Below, piece by piece: positions 43,305 through 54,900 of a DNA stretch of 64,000 bases. Source of the DNA: Macrostomum lignano (lineage: Eukaryota); contig NIVC01003597.1 in the NCBI GenBank assembly GCA_002269645.1, forward strand, positions 1 through 64,000. The letters are read 5' to 3'. The position numbers and the translations under genes were made by a program. The notes below the pieces were generated by a model. The model was given only the letters and a program-made list of their open reading frames with translations, did not search any database and was not told the origin of the DNA. Numbering within the stretch: position 1 is the stretch's first letter; each line of letters starts with the position of its first letter.

Positions 43305-46300
43305 CTACGCACAGTCGACCAATGTATGTAAAATAGGGAGAATGCAGGAACGATTTTTGAGACTTACAAGCATCGCTTTACCATAGAAATCAGTCCATCG
43401 TACAGTTACGAGTGAGTTGCTTAAAGTATTGACAACGGAAATGTGCAGAGACATTGAGTCGAAAGTTTCGTCGTAGAGGGCGGTTTGCTGAATAAATTTC
43501 TTGCCAACGAAAATACAACCGACATCAGTAGAAATTATATGAGTGACTACAACTGCAAATCCATCTCGAGTTAAAATATAGCAGTCTGGATTAGCAACAG
43601 ATATATACGTTCCACGCAATACAAGACTAACTTTACGGTAAATACCAAATGTCTGAACTCCTTGCAATGAGAAGTCTACATTCGAAGATGCAATTGGACC
43701 GGAATATTCAAAAGGCGACTGAATAGAACACATGTGCTTAGGAAAAAAACCGAGAGTCACATCTCTCTCCAGAATTCGCTTCACAGTCTGCTCGAGAGCA
43801 AAACGTGGACTGCGAACAAACTGGGTAATAAAGCGGATAAAATTTTCGCCCCAAAAGCAACTAAAACTATCCAACGGACCACGTCGACGAACTTCTGAAG
43901 GAATATGAATTATTGAATGCACAGTGTACACGATAAACTCGTCACCCCAAATAATTGCACATTCATTAACAATGTGCTTTGCCAAATCTTCGGCATAAGA
44001 GCAGTACGTTTGACAAACCAAAGGATGCGACAATAGGAAAACAAACGAATGCAGAGAAAGAAATAATTGATACACAGATTCAGGGACGTTTCCAGCTAAA
44101 ACAATTGGCGCCAAGTACAAAATAAACAATCTAAACTCAGTTGCCTTCCAAAGACCCACGCACTCAATCGACCGTGGCTTTCGTGCAAAATCATGCGGAA
44201 TGCAAGACGAAATAGAACACAGATCAGCACTTATCTGACGAATATTAGGTCCAGATGCTCGATGGGGCAAGCGTCCCTTACCGAGGAATTTTAAACATTT
44301 AGGAACAATACCCTCGTATATTAAGTGCATTGGATCCAGAGGAAAATCATGAACCATGTCGATGGGCAAACTTAAAAAAGGGCTTGGTAGAAGAACATGA
44401 TTTGGGTATACATCACCTCTGAAGCCAAAGTCAGTTCGTAGTGCAGCACTTAGGTCAGAAAATGTCACTCTTCCATTACAAAAGTCCCCTTCAACAGTGC
44501 ACTTGTCGCAACCAAAGTATCCCCAACATGCTTTTGTTCCTTTTACAAAGCTGCGTGCTGGTGAATCGCAGGTAATCATTGAAAGTTTAAAAGGTAATAT
44601 GAGATCTGACTCTGAAGTGACAGTAGAGACAAATCCATCAGCCATCAAATCACGCAATTCAGTAATACAGTCGGCAAGAAAGTCCGAAGCAGAGAGGGGT
44701 TTGCCAGTTCCATAGTAAAGCCCGATTATAAAAACAGAATGAGACAAATTCGAAACTCTACCCAACACAGGCCACAATGTATAGGTAGTGCTATTGTGCA
44801 CTTTTGCACCATCAACAAAAAGGTGGAGGTTCAAGGAATCCAGACGAGAGCGTGATCCAATATTGCTCAGGAGAAAGTCAAGACCAGCTTTAACGCCAAA
44901 ATGATAATATCGCCCTGGGTTGACATAGCGAAAAGTAAGCTCCCTTGGTGTAGTCATTAGTCCACGATAGTCAGCAGCTAGACCAGGAAACTCGTCTTGT
45001 AGATTCTGAAGCAAGTAGTTCACGCACGGCACTTCTGGGCCTGTTGCTTTAACCCAGTCTCGAAGCATGGCCTCGAGTCTCGCACATTGGTTGTCATCAG
45101 AATGAAGGGCTGATTCAATCGTTGAAGAAGTCAGGTTTCCTAAATGTAAGAAATAAATAGCTAGAGTATTATCAAAAACTATTAAAAAGATTATGCACAT
45201 ACTTGTTGATAAAATCACATTTTTACTCTAAATTTTTGTTTAACTTTCAAAGTTACAGAAAAAATTTAAGTTAATTTATTTGTAAAGCAGAAATGAATAA
45301 TGGATGGTGTAAGGTTCATATTCAGTTTAGAGGATCAAGCACACTAAGATGTCAATAAAAAGTGTTGAAAGCAATTAGGGGTTATTATAAAAAATAGATA
45401 CATTCAATCTTACCAACATCATCACTAGTCATCTCCTGGTATTCAAGTTCCATTTGAGACTCTTCTGTGGGCTCAGGAGCAGCATGAATTCCAAGCTCTG
45501 CCATAGGCTCAGTTGGCTGTTGACTTGGATCTTCAGTGTGACATGGGCAATGCAGCATAACTGCAGCTTCCTCGTAGCTTCTCTTAATATGTCGTTGGAC
45601 TGTTCGCTTACTGGCTCCATGAACAGATGTTGAGGAAAAACCTAGACAAATTATAGAGAAATGGATGAAATGAAAGCCTCATAATTACGCCAGCATAATG
45701 AAGCCTTCTATGCCTTCAATACCTTGAGCAAGACCTAGCAAGAAACTGTCAGAGTATCAAGATCATACCCTTGATAATGAGTACTCAACATAAGTATATG
45801 CTTATTGCAACATATATATAATATAAATTATAGCAAAAAATATGTTTATATTACAAATCTAATATACAATCCACAAATTTCCTAAAACTTGCATCTTGTG
45901 CTTTAAAGAAAATAATAATTGTTTAACAACATTGCAAGCTTTATTTTCTCCAAACAGAAGCATTATAGATAAAAAAATTTACTCAAAGTTTTGCCAAAAG
46001 CAAAAATAAATCAAGTTGACAATTATCATTATGAACAAATCCCAAATACACCAAATTCATCATTTAGCATAGCAAACATTTTTATAGGCAAGGTTTGATT
46101 TAGGGTCTAATATAGTAGAACTAAAACTAATAAATATAATAAATAATAAAACTAATATAGGGTCTTTAGGAGCATATATAAAAATTAACAAATTAGGTTG
46201 AATACAAATAGCCAGCATTATATACTTTTAAGCTTGATACTCAAGTCTCTTGAATTTTGACTAGCACTTCATATCCAACAAATAACTTTTCAATAAATTT

Positions 46301-47167
46301 TGTTTTATTTAAATTAATTTAGCTATCATTAGCTAGTTATTAAATATAACATTTCTTATGAAACAATCTTATACCATAGTCCAGAAGAAGGCATCTTGTA
46401 CCCCAGAAATTTCTAGGGTACACTCAAGAAATTTAGCATACATTGGCATACACAAAAAGTGATTTTCTAAGGCTTTTGGCATATATGTTTAATATTTTTG
46501 TGACACACAAAGAATGAAAAGTTATGTTATTAATAATTGTTACAATAGTTGTCCATGCATACATTACTATAAAATTTGATATAAAATTAATGCAAAACTG
46601 AATTCTGTTTTTTATAAGTTAAAAGTCATGATTTTTAACAAAAATGCACAAAGTTTACTTTTGTTTTTTTAATATATATAACATTATATAAATATAACTA
46701 TAACTGTTATTTTTAGTTTTTAGCTCATCTCATTTAAATTAAATATCTAAATCACCCATCATGTTCCATCACTTATTCCTAGCAATTTAGATGTTTTGTG
46801 TAAAGTATTATAAATGGTATATATTGGCATTAAAAGAATGTTGACAGTTTTTTTGTGGGGCACATATAGTGTTCTGAACTATAGATCTTATACAAAAAAT
46901 CTATGATTTGCAACACTTTTTATTTATAGTTGAAATTTGCTCTTTAATCATTTCTAAGTCTATTTTACATCCAAAATGCAAAAAAACTTATTGATATTTG
47001 CAATCTACACTTTAATCTTTATTTTGGCAGTCTTAGTCTTACTTCTTATAATAAAGGAATGTTTAGACAAACATTTTATGATATAGAGCAATAGGCCTAA
47101 TATAGATATATAAATAGACTATACCAAATGGTATATAATTGAGGCAAACTTGAACTAAAAATAGTTA

Positions 47168-47212
<45 letters not shown>

Positions 47213-50200
47213 CATATTTATACCAACAACATGAGTTTGTATTATATTTATATTATAGGTAGACTGTCCAGTGAGATTACCGTAAGTTGAAAAAAACACG
47301 AATTTTAGCAAAAAATGATATTTTTTGTTGGCGTACCAGAAAAAAAGTATTGCACATAAAGAAAAACCAAAGTATACCCTAAAAAGTAAAGAACACTGTT
47401 GTTATTTAAAAAAAAATGGAGACAAAACAATGCACTACAATTAATGCGGTGACCAGTCAAAGTGGATACATTTTACGGTAACGAATCGCATTGGCTCCAT
47501 TTTGAAATGAAAATCACATTTCAAAAAAAGTTTTTTTTCCACAAAAGGGTACATTTTAACAAAGTTTCGCTACTAATATGCAATGTTCACATTTAAGACA
47601 AACCAGTAACTGTATTTTTGAAAGAAAAAAAGTTTTTTTATGGACTATATAAAGCGATAAAAAATTTTGTTGCCCAAAAAAAGTATTTAGTCGATCTCCG
47701 ACGCACTAATTCAGTTTAATGTATGAAAGTGGCACTTCATACCAGCCGTTCGCAAAGAACTGCTTGTGCATCGGTGTTGTCCGAAAAAAGTTATTGAACT
47801 TTATATTTTTTATACTTCTACATGTATTTTGCCATTTAAAATAGAAAAAGGCTTGTCATTTTTTTTTAAACAGACCGACGCAGTTGTATTTGCACATTCT
47901 TCGCCCCTATTGAAATGTAAAATAGATGAAACGTGTGCAGCCCACTCATTGTGTGTCCGTTTTGAGAAACTTTTCTTTTTGTTTTTCCTGCATTCATGTG
48001 CATGCAAACTACTTTGTACTACTTACATAGAAAATATGAAAAAAACGAATTTTTCATTACTTTTTAGTTCTTTATTGCAAAAAATAGAAAGGAGAAGTGA
48101 AACTTAATGCAGTCATGATTTATTTCAGCCTTGGGGGTCACTGTGGAGGCTTCCATTGGAAAGCTGCTGAATTTCTGACCCCCAGTAATCAGTATATAGC
48201 TATCCCAACAAGTGATCCCTGGCAGTCGCCTGGTCAGCGACTCTAACTCCCATCCTACTGCTAAATTGGCCAACATTTTACGTAGGCAATTTAATTAAGT
48301 CAATCTGTATTGAGAAGCATTTTAATTCTGAGCTACTACTACTACTAGTACTATTTATATATTTTTAACAAATAACCATTTTATTAACTACATATTATTC
48401 AGAGTTACTGAAGTTTTAACTTTAAAAAGTTGAATTTGTCCTTGAGATTCCTTGCAAGTGAGTGACTTTTTTGCAAGGTCATTTTTTACCACTAATTAAA
48501 TACCTTTTCTTTAATACTACAAGTTCACTTCTTAAACAATGTCGACGTTTAAGGTGTATTTACATTTGTGGTCCTTCTTACACTTTAATTTTAAAAGCAT
48601 TCATAAAATAAAAATAAACGTACTATGCAATTAGAAAGTAGAAGGTATATTGTTTTTCTTTAAGCCATTTGCCCATTTGTCATTCATTTTTTACACTTAG
48701 TATTCAATGAGGCAATGACTCCCGTTTAATTTAATTAACATTTGCTTTTTAATCATCACTGTCCCAGTCGTTGGCCAGGATGCGAAGGTCGCCGCGAATG
48801 TAGTCGCGGTACAGGTCGTAGGGCACCGGCTTTCCAGGAAAGTCGTCAAACTCGACTAGGAAGCGCTGGTCGAGGACGTCGCGGCTCAATCCTGGCGTTG
48901 GCACCTGCCGGATGATGTAGCCAGCGTTCCATTCTTCATAGTCCGCTACGTCGGAGTCTTCGTCGACGTACGCGAAGAGCATTTCGATGCGGAGACCGGC
49001 ATAGAGACGCGGCAGGCCTGATTGCGTGCTGTCTGGCTGGGCATCCGCGCTGGCCTCATCACTGGAGACCGTAGCTGAAGGCCGGGCGCCGCGACCACGC
49101 CCTCGGCCTCGGCCTCCTTCACGCTGGTGTCCTTTGCCACGGCCACGTCCTCTACCGCGCTGCACACTGGCATTGGGGGCTTGGCCTTCTTCACTGTGGA
49201 GGCAGCAGGTGGCCCGCTCGCTTTGGACAAAATGGCCTGGACGGCGGATTTGACACGTTCCTCGCGAACTTCGGATGCCAGGGTCGAGCCGGAATGTGGC
49301 GTGGCTGACTGCTGTGCTGCCTCCGTCTGCTGTGCCAGAATTTCCAGAACTTCTTCCAGATTCTGGTGCAGCTGGGCCAAAGAAAAGCGCACGCCACGAG
49401 CCGAGAAGTTAAGCAGATGGCTCTTATCCTTCGGCAGGACCATCTCTGTGATAAATGAAGTAATATTTTTGTAAATGTACACTTTTTCCACTTATATCAG
49501 ACTTTTCTTTGACAAGTTACATAAAGTTACGAGCTTTTTTGGCATTTGTAAATTGTTATGTCACTGTTTTGAATAAGAAAGGTAACGCAGCTTGCTCAGA
49601 CTTACTGGTACACTTGTGGAGCCGCAGTTGCGCCTTTATTGCAGTTTCCTGTTCGGCAGGCTGCAGCGATGCCAGATTACTGGCCATACCCTCTGCGGTG
49701 CGCCACATGCCTCCGTATGACTCGACGCCACTGATGGTGTTGCGCAGGTTGGCCGCACGCTGCTGCTTTTTGCGCTGCCTCTCATCGAGCTTGCGCCGCA
49801 TGAGCTCCTGGCGTCGCTCACGATTCAGGGTTGCCAATCTGGCTGCCCGACTCTCCATCAGCGGCGCAAGGGCCCGGGCCCGGGTCAAGATGAGGTCCTT
49901 CTCGCCCTCGGACTTTTCCCGGAGCCAGTCGGCGGTGCGATTCTGGCCGAACAGGACGGTGGACTCCCTGGCCAGAAGCCTCATGTGCGGCTTGCCCTGG
50001 ACTGAGTAGTCTAGTGCCGCAAACATTCGCTCCCCGGCGACGTTGTCCTTCGGTGCCTGTGCAGCCGCGGCTGAGTCCTCAGTGGAGAGGCTACGTAGGC
50101 GGCCGCCGTCAAGGTGGTCTGCCACTTCTCTCTGAAGCAGCACCAACATGTGGGCGCAGATGACCTGGTGTAGAAGAGAATGAAAAATAGTAGTGGAATT

Positions 50201-53200
50201 TTTTTCAAACAATTTCATTTATCACTGACACATAACTATTGATGTTTTTGTCTGCTTCTGTTCATAGTCCTAGCTTTTTTAACTAACCTGAAGGGCTTGG
50301 CCGACAAGGCTGTTCTCCTCCAGGGACGCCTCCGCAGTCGTCAGCGCCTCCCAGGAGGTCTGCGCGTCAGCATCCCGCAGTACGGAGTGCGCCAGCTCGG
50401 GGAACGGGCCCTGCAGCTCAACCGATGGGGCGACACTGTCGGCCGAGGCGACGCTCTGCAGCCAACGATGGGCAGTCTCATAGTGCCGATTCATATCGAT
50501 CAGCGTGACGCCTGAGTCGCGCAGCAGCGTCCACAGAGGCCGGATGAGCAGCAGGTCGAGTAACCCAAGGGCACGACAGCCAGCCAGCAGCACTCCGGAG
50601 GCGAGGTCAGCTTCCACCGCAAGCAGCAGGCGGTTCTTACCCTCCGACGCGGACAGAAAGGCCGATAGCACGTCCTTCTGCCGGTAGAGAAAGCCGCCAT
50701 TGGGGAAAATCACATAAAGGCGATTCCCTCTGAAGTCCTCCATTCGGAAGGCCGGCTTATCGTGAATCGCCAAGTAGGACTCCAGCGATGTAAAGACACC
50801 GCATTGCTCACTGCCTAGGTGATGAAAGGCCTTGCAAACAGTGCGGATCAGCCGCTGGGCGCCAGACTCTGCCTTTGACGGGTAAAAACCTGCACACGCA
50901 GCAGCGCCAAGGGGCCCCAACGAGGCGCACTTCTCGAAATCGAGCAGCGCCTTGTCTGCAACACCAGCCAAATTCACAATGACGTGCATGCCGCAGAAGA
51001 GGGCCACCATGCGAGGAGGCGCCGGCGCTCCCTGCCGATCGGCTAGCTGGGAGCGCATGTCGTTGAGCAGAAGCTGTTTTAATGTTCATTTTTGTACGAA
51101 AAAATGTAACAACCGTATTACTTATTATTATTATTGTGTTTCAGTTTACGTTTACTGCCGGCTTGGTTTAAATTACTAGTTATATTACTTAAAAGTTTAC
51201 AAAAATAGGTGTTATAATATTAATAAGTACTAAGTAGTACTAGTAGGGCATTATTATTAATTAAGCAATTAAGTCCGAGGCCAAACGGCAAAAGGGTGTA
51301 CAAACGTGAAGGCTTTTGTTGACAACGTGCCGGTCCGTCATCAGAAACTTCAGGGTCATCACCACGTTGCTCTTCATTTCCTGGCGCTCCTCGTCGCTGC
51401 GATCTCCAAGCGTGAGGGCGCAGTAGTTGTACACCAGATCGTCCATGCTGGCGTCGAACTCGCGGAAATACACTTCCGCAGTGCCGCCCTCCACCTCACG
51501 CAGCGACAGGCAGACGGTGCGGTTGGCGCCCAAGCCAGTGTCAATCTGCAAATTAGTGATTGTAATGTATTGTAAATTTAAGAATTACGTATGCATTTTT
51601 TAGCAGCAAACATTCCAACTTTTTTACTGCTTTTTGCTTTTAATACTATTGTTGTTACACTTAAACACAGCTGTTGTAATGTGTTAAACGGGTTGGGTGG
51701 TATGGGTTCTTTTTCAGGCTCACCTGGTACTCGGCATAATGACGACCCTTCTTGGAGGTGCCATCAGTCATCAGCGTCAGCGGGCGATTCGCCAATGAGG
51801 CTGCCAGGACGCTGTCCAGGCCACTGGCTTTTGCCAGGCAATTGCCCACGCTGAATGCTGTGGAAGCCACCAGTGATTTTGACGGAAGCGGCAAGACAGT
51901 GGGGCTCGCATCGAACGACGTCAGCCCAGACAGGACACACCGGATGCAGGGCGAGACATATCGAACCGGGACGTGGCAGTCCAGGACGAGATTGACGCAT
52001 GTCTCGATGACCTGGTCGGAAACAGGGTCGTAAAATTGAAACTAAAAGTTAAAATATTTCAATTAAAACATGATAATTGTCTTGTTTGTCATTGCCATGC
52101 TCGCCAATTGTCACGTTTTTTCTTCTATACAGTACAGTTTATAAATTATAGATACAAAAACCACCCAGTTTACAGACTAAATGAAAGGAAACAAACCTAA
52201 ATGAAATTAAGCAAAACAGAGTAAGGCTGTCTTACCCGATTCGTGAACTGCATGCCACCTTGAGAAGGCCGCTTCTCCATTGTCGCCAGCCCTCTGCCCT
52301 GCGCAGCCTCTTCCAGCAACTCGGATGCCTGGTCCAGGCTGCTGTGCAGCTCGTGAATGTGGCTGCGCAGTTCGCCGACCTGCTTCTTGCTCTTCTGCAG
52401 GCCGGCATTGTTGCCGTTGAGCTGCTGTAGGCGGCTGCGCAGTGTCCTATTCGCCTCTTTTAAGCGCAATATTGTGCGCTTCTGCTGCAGGGCTGCGTCA
52501 TGGGCCTTGTCCAGACGGTCATGAAGCCGGCGCAGCTGATGGGAAACCACCTTTCGAGGGAGTCGTCTGGCAAGACGGCGCTCCAGCCTCTGCTGCTCCT
52601 GCTGCTTTTCCAGCAGCTGGGCACGAAGCTCATCGATGATTTCCTTCAGAGCTGCCTCCACGCCCAACTGTTCGTCTATGGACATGCCCGACACAGCAGA
52701 CGTAGCACTAGCAGCAGCAGCAGCACCGCGTCCAGGTGTGGCAGCAGCCTGAGCATCGTCAGTATTGTTGGCATCGCTGTCATCACTCTGCTGCTGCTCA
52801 CCACCAGTGATATCACGCTTAGGCGTCACGGACAGCTGCTGTAGCTCCTGCAGCAGAACGTTCGGTACATCCAGGTCACCCTTGACGTAATTTTCGTACG
52901 ACGAGGGCTTCCCAGCAGCCACCTCCTCATAGTGGCGCCGACGCAGGACCACAGCATTGCCCCTCTCACGTTCGACCTTGCGCAGAAGGGCCTCCTTCGA
53001 ACGCAAGCTGACAGCTGTGGGGGGAAGGCCCATGGCACGCAGGAGGCGGGTCGCTCGACTGGCGCCATTCTCGCCCTTGGCCTTGGCTTTATCGACAAAT
53101 TTGATGGCTCTCTCAATGGAGATGGGGATCAGGCGATCCATTGGACTTGGACAAGTGGGAGTGGGGTCAAGGACACGAGGACACTAAACTAAATAAAACA

Positions 53201-54900
53201 GTTCAGTTGACAATAAATCTGGCAATTGTAGAAAAGCAATTGTAGCTTTTGTATCTTCACTACTTCAGTAGCTGGAATGCAGTAAAAAGAGCAGGGGTCA
53301 GAAAGGTAAATAATAATTATAATATGTAATTATAAATGGACTAAAATGACTAACCAGTTTGACTTTCACTGTCTCAGTTACAAGTACAAGATAGTATGAA
53401 CCCTAGGCCTAGCCTGGCATAGGCCAGCCAGGACTATATATATAGCTATGAGACTGTATAACTATATGTTATAGTATAAGTATAATATAATTAACATATA
53501 TTATACATATAATTATATATAATGAATAATTGTTTCAACTTAACTTCTTGAGAGTTGACTGAAGTCCCCTGAGCCTAAATGACTATGTATGATATGACTA
53601 TGAGTCTTGCACGAGTTATGACCATGCCTGAAGACTGAGCCTAAATCTAGTAAATGATCTTTAACTTGTTTACTTTTAAGGTTAACTTAAATTTAAAATT
53701 AAATATACACTTTTGCAAAATAATTGTGTCTTGTGAACTGATGGACAAAATCAAACAGAAAATGTGCTGCAGATATGCCAAAAAGCTAAAAAACAGTGAT
53801 AAAAAGGCAACAAAAAAGTAGAAAATGTTTTCTATAACCTACATATAAAGAAAGAAGGTACACACAGTTGTAGAAACAACTGTTTGTCATATAAATGTAA
53901 AGTTTCACTGCTGAAACCAAGATATTTTTCAACTTGTAGACAAAAAAGTTCTAAAAACTTGCCCGGATGAGCCAAAAAGCTAAAATAAGTGACAAGAATA
54001 GAGATAAAAAGTTTTTAAAAAATGTTCCACCCTAAATAGAAACTCCAAAATTTATCTATGAGTACAAACCACTGTTTACCTTTAATTTGCAAAGTCTCAC
54101 TACAAAAGGCAGGATAGTTTCTAACTTACTGACAAAAGAATTAAAAAATCATGCTCCGGCATATGCCATTTTTTTCAACTTTTGTAACAACATGTAAGCA
54201 TATTTTTCATATCCAACCATGTAATGACAGAAAAAGCATGGCAAAAGAAGCAAAACAAGTAGATCTTTGAAATAAGACCAAAAGTAGCAAATTTGGACAA
54301 AAAATGACTATTTTACACTCTACTAAAGTACCTTTTTTCAAAACTGATATCAAAAAGGGAACAAGCCCATAGTGTAATTTTTATATCTAAAAAAACGCAA
54401 ATTTTGAATCTTTAAATAGCCATAACTTTTTTATCACTTGACCAATCTTAACAATCTTGGCCATTTTGGAAATCACTCAAGACCCTCTATCATGCTAGAC
54501 AAGAAAAAATAGGATACCATAAACTTTAGAAAACTCACTGGACAGCCTATTATAGGGCCTAGCAACATATTATACTAACTAACCTTAAGTATTAGGCCTA
54601 TACTAACAAATGTTTGGCCTAAATAAGGCTAAGCATAACATAATCAAAATACTTTATATATTAGATAAGCATAAAAAATATATATTAGAAACAGAGTTTC
54701 ATTGCATTATTATTTACCTACAACAACTGTGTCTTCACTTAGAGTAGGTGCAGAAGCAGATGGCCCAGACAAAAATACAATATTAGATGCTAGACCACTA
54801 AGGGCCTGGTCCTGATTATTTGCAACTTCAGGTTCAACTTGATCTTTGTCTATCTCTTGGGTAGTTTTGCAAGTTACAATCAAGTAAACAAAAAAAGCTA
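43305..54900 (-). CDS. EnSpm/CMC-type DDE transposase; last two exons firm, 5-prime exons uncertain
   Basis: Exons 43305-45139 and 45414-45641 join in phase 1. A further exon ending at donor 54717 (about 54718-54900) is phase-compatible across the hAT insertion. Motifs: LHLFVDG (D1), ITCDSPARSFVKG (D2), GYFGCDKC, LDPMHLIYEG, WKATEFR, TVHSIIH, SCFWGENF (E); N-terminal SKRTVQRHIKR. Confidence 0.85.
47170..47210. repeat. (TA)n microsatellite
   Basis: About 20 TA units, 50 nt left of the hAT insertion site. Confidence 0.95.
47260..54549 (-). mobile_element. hAT-superfamily DNA transposon with a 7-bp TSD (hATw-like), 7290 bp, nested in the EnSpm transposase intron
   Basis: TIRs TAGACTGTCCAGTGAG (47260-47275) and CTCACTGGACAGCCTA (54534-54549), 15/16 inverted match. 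Perfect direct repeat TTATAGG at 47253-47259 and 54550-54556. Encodes a spliced transposase. Confidence 0.88.
48749..53141 (-). CDS. hAT-like transposase, about 1158 aa, 6 exons, N-terminal coiled coil, C-terminal RG box and Spindlin/Tudor-like domain; 1-nt frameshift in the last exon
   Basis: Exons 52236-53141, 51724-52011, 51306-51545, 50288-51073, 49606-50164, 48749-49445; total 3476 nt (needs +1). Catalytic pattern LTLMTDGT (D), LMTDRHVVNK (D), FCGMH (CxxH), KDNVAGERMFAALD (E). Confidence 0.82.

Noticed and set aside
45429-45620. ORF-track peptide MEPVSEQSND... as a separate gene
   Set aside because: It is an off-frame reading of the EnSpm transposase exon 45414-45641.
47253-54556. Dada-type targeting of a small RNA gene, suggested by the 7-bp TSD
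   Set aside because: The flanks are AT-rich intron sequence with no tRNA or snRNA, and the element has clear TIRs and hAT catalytic motifs.
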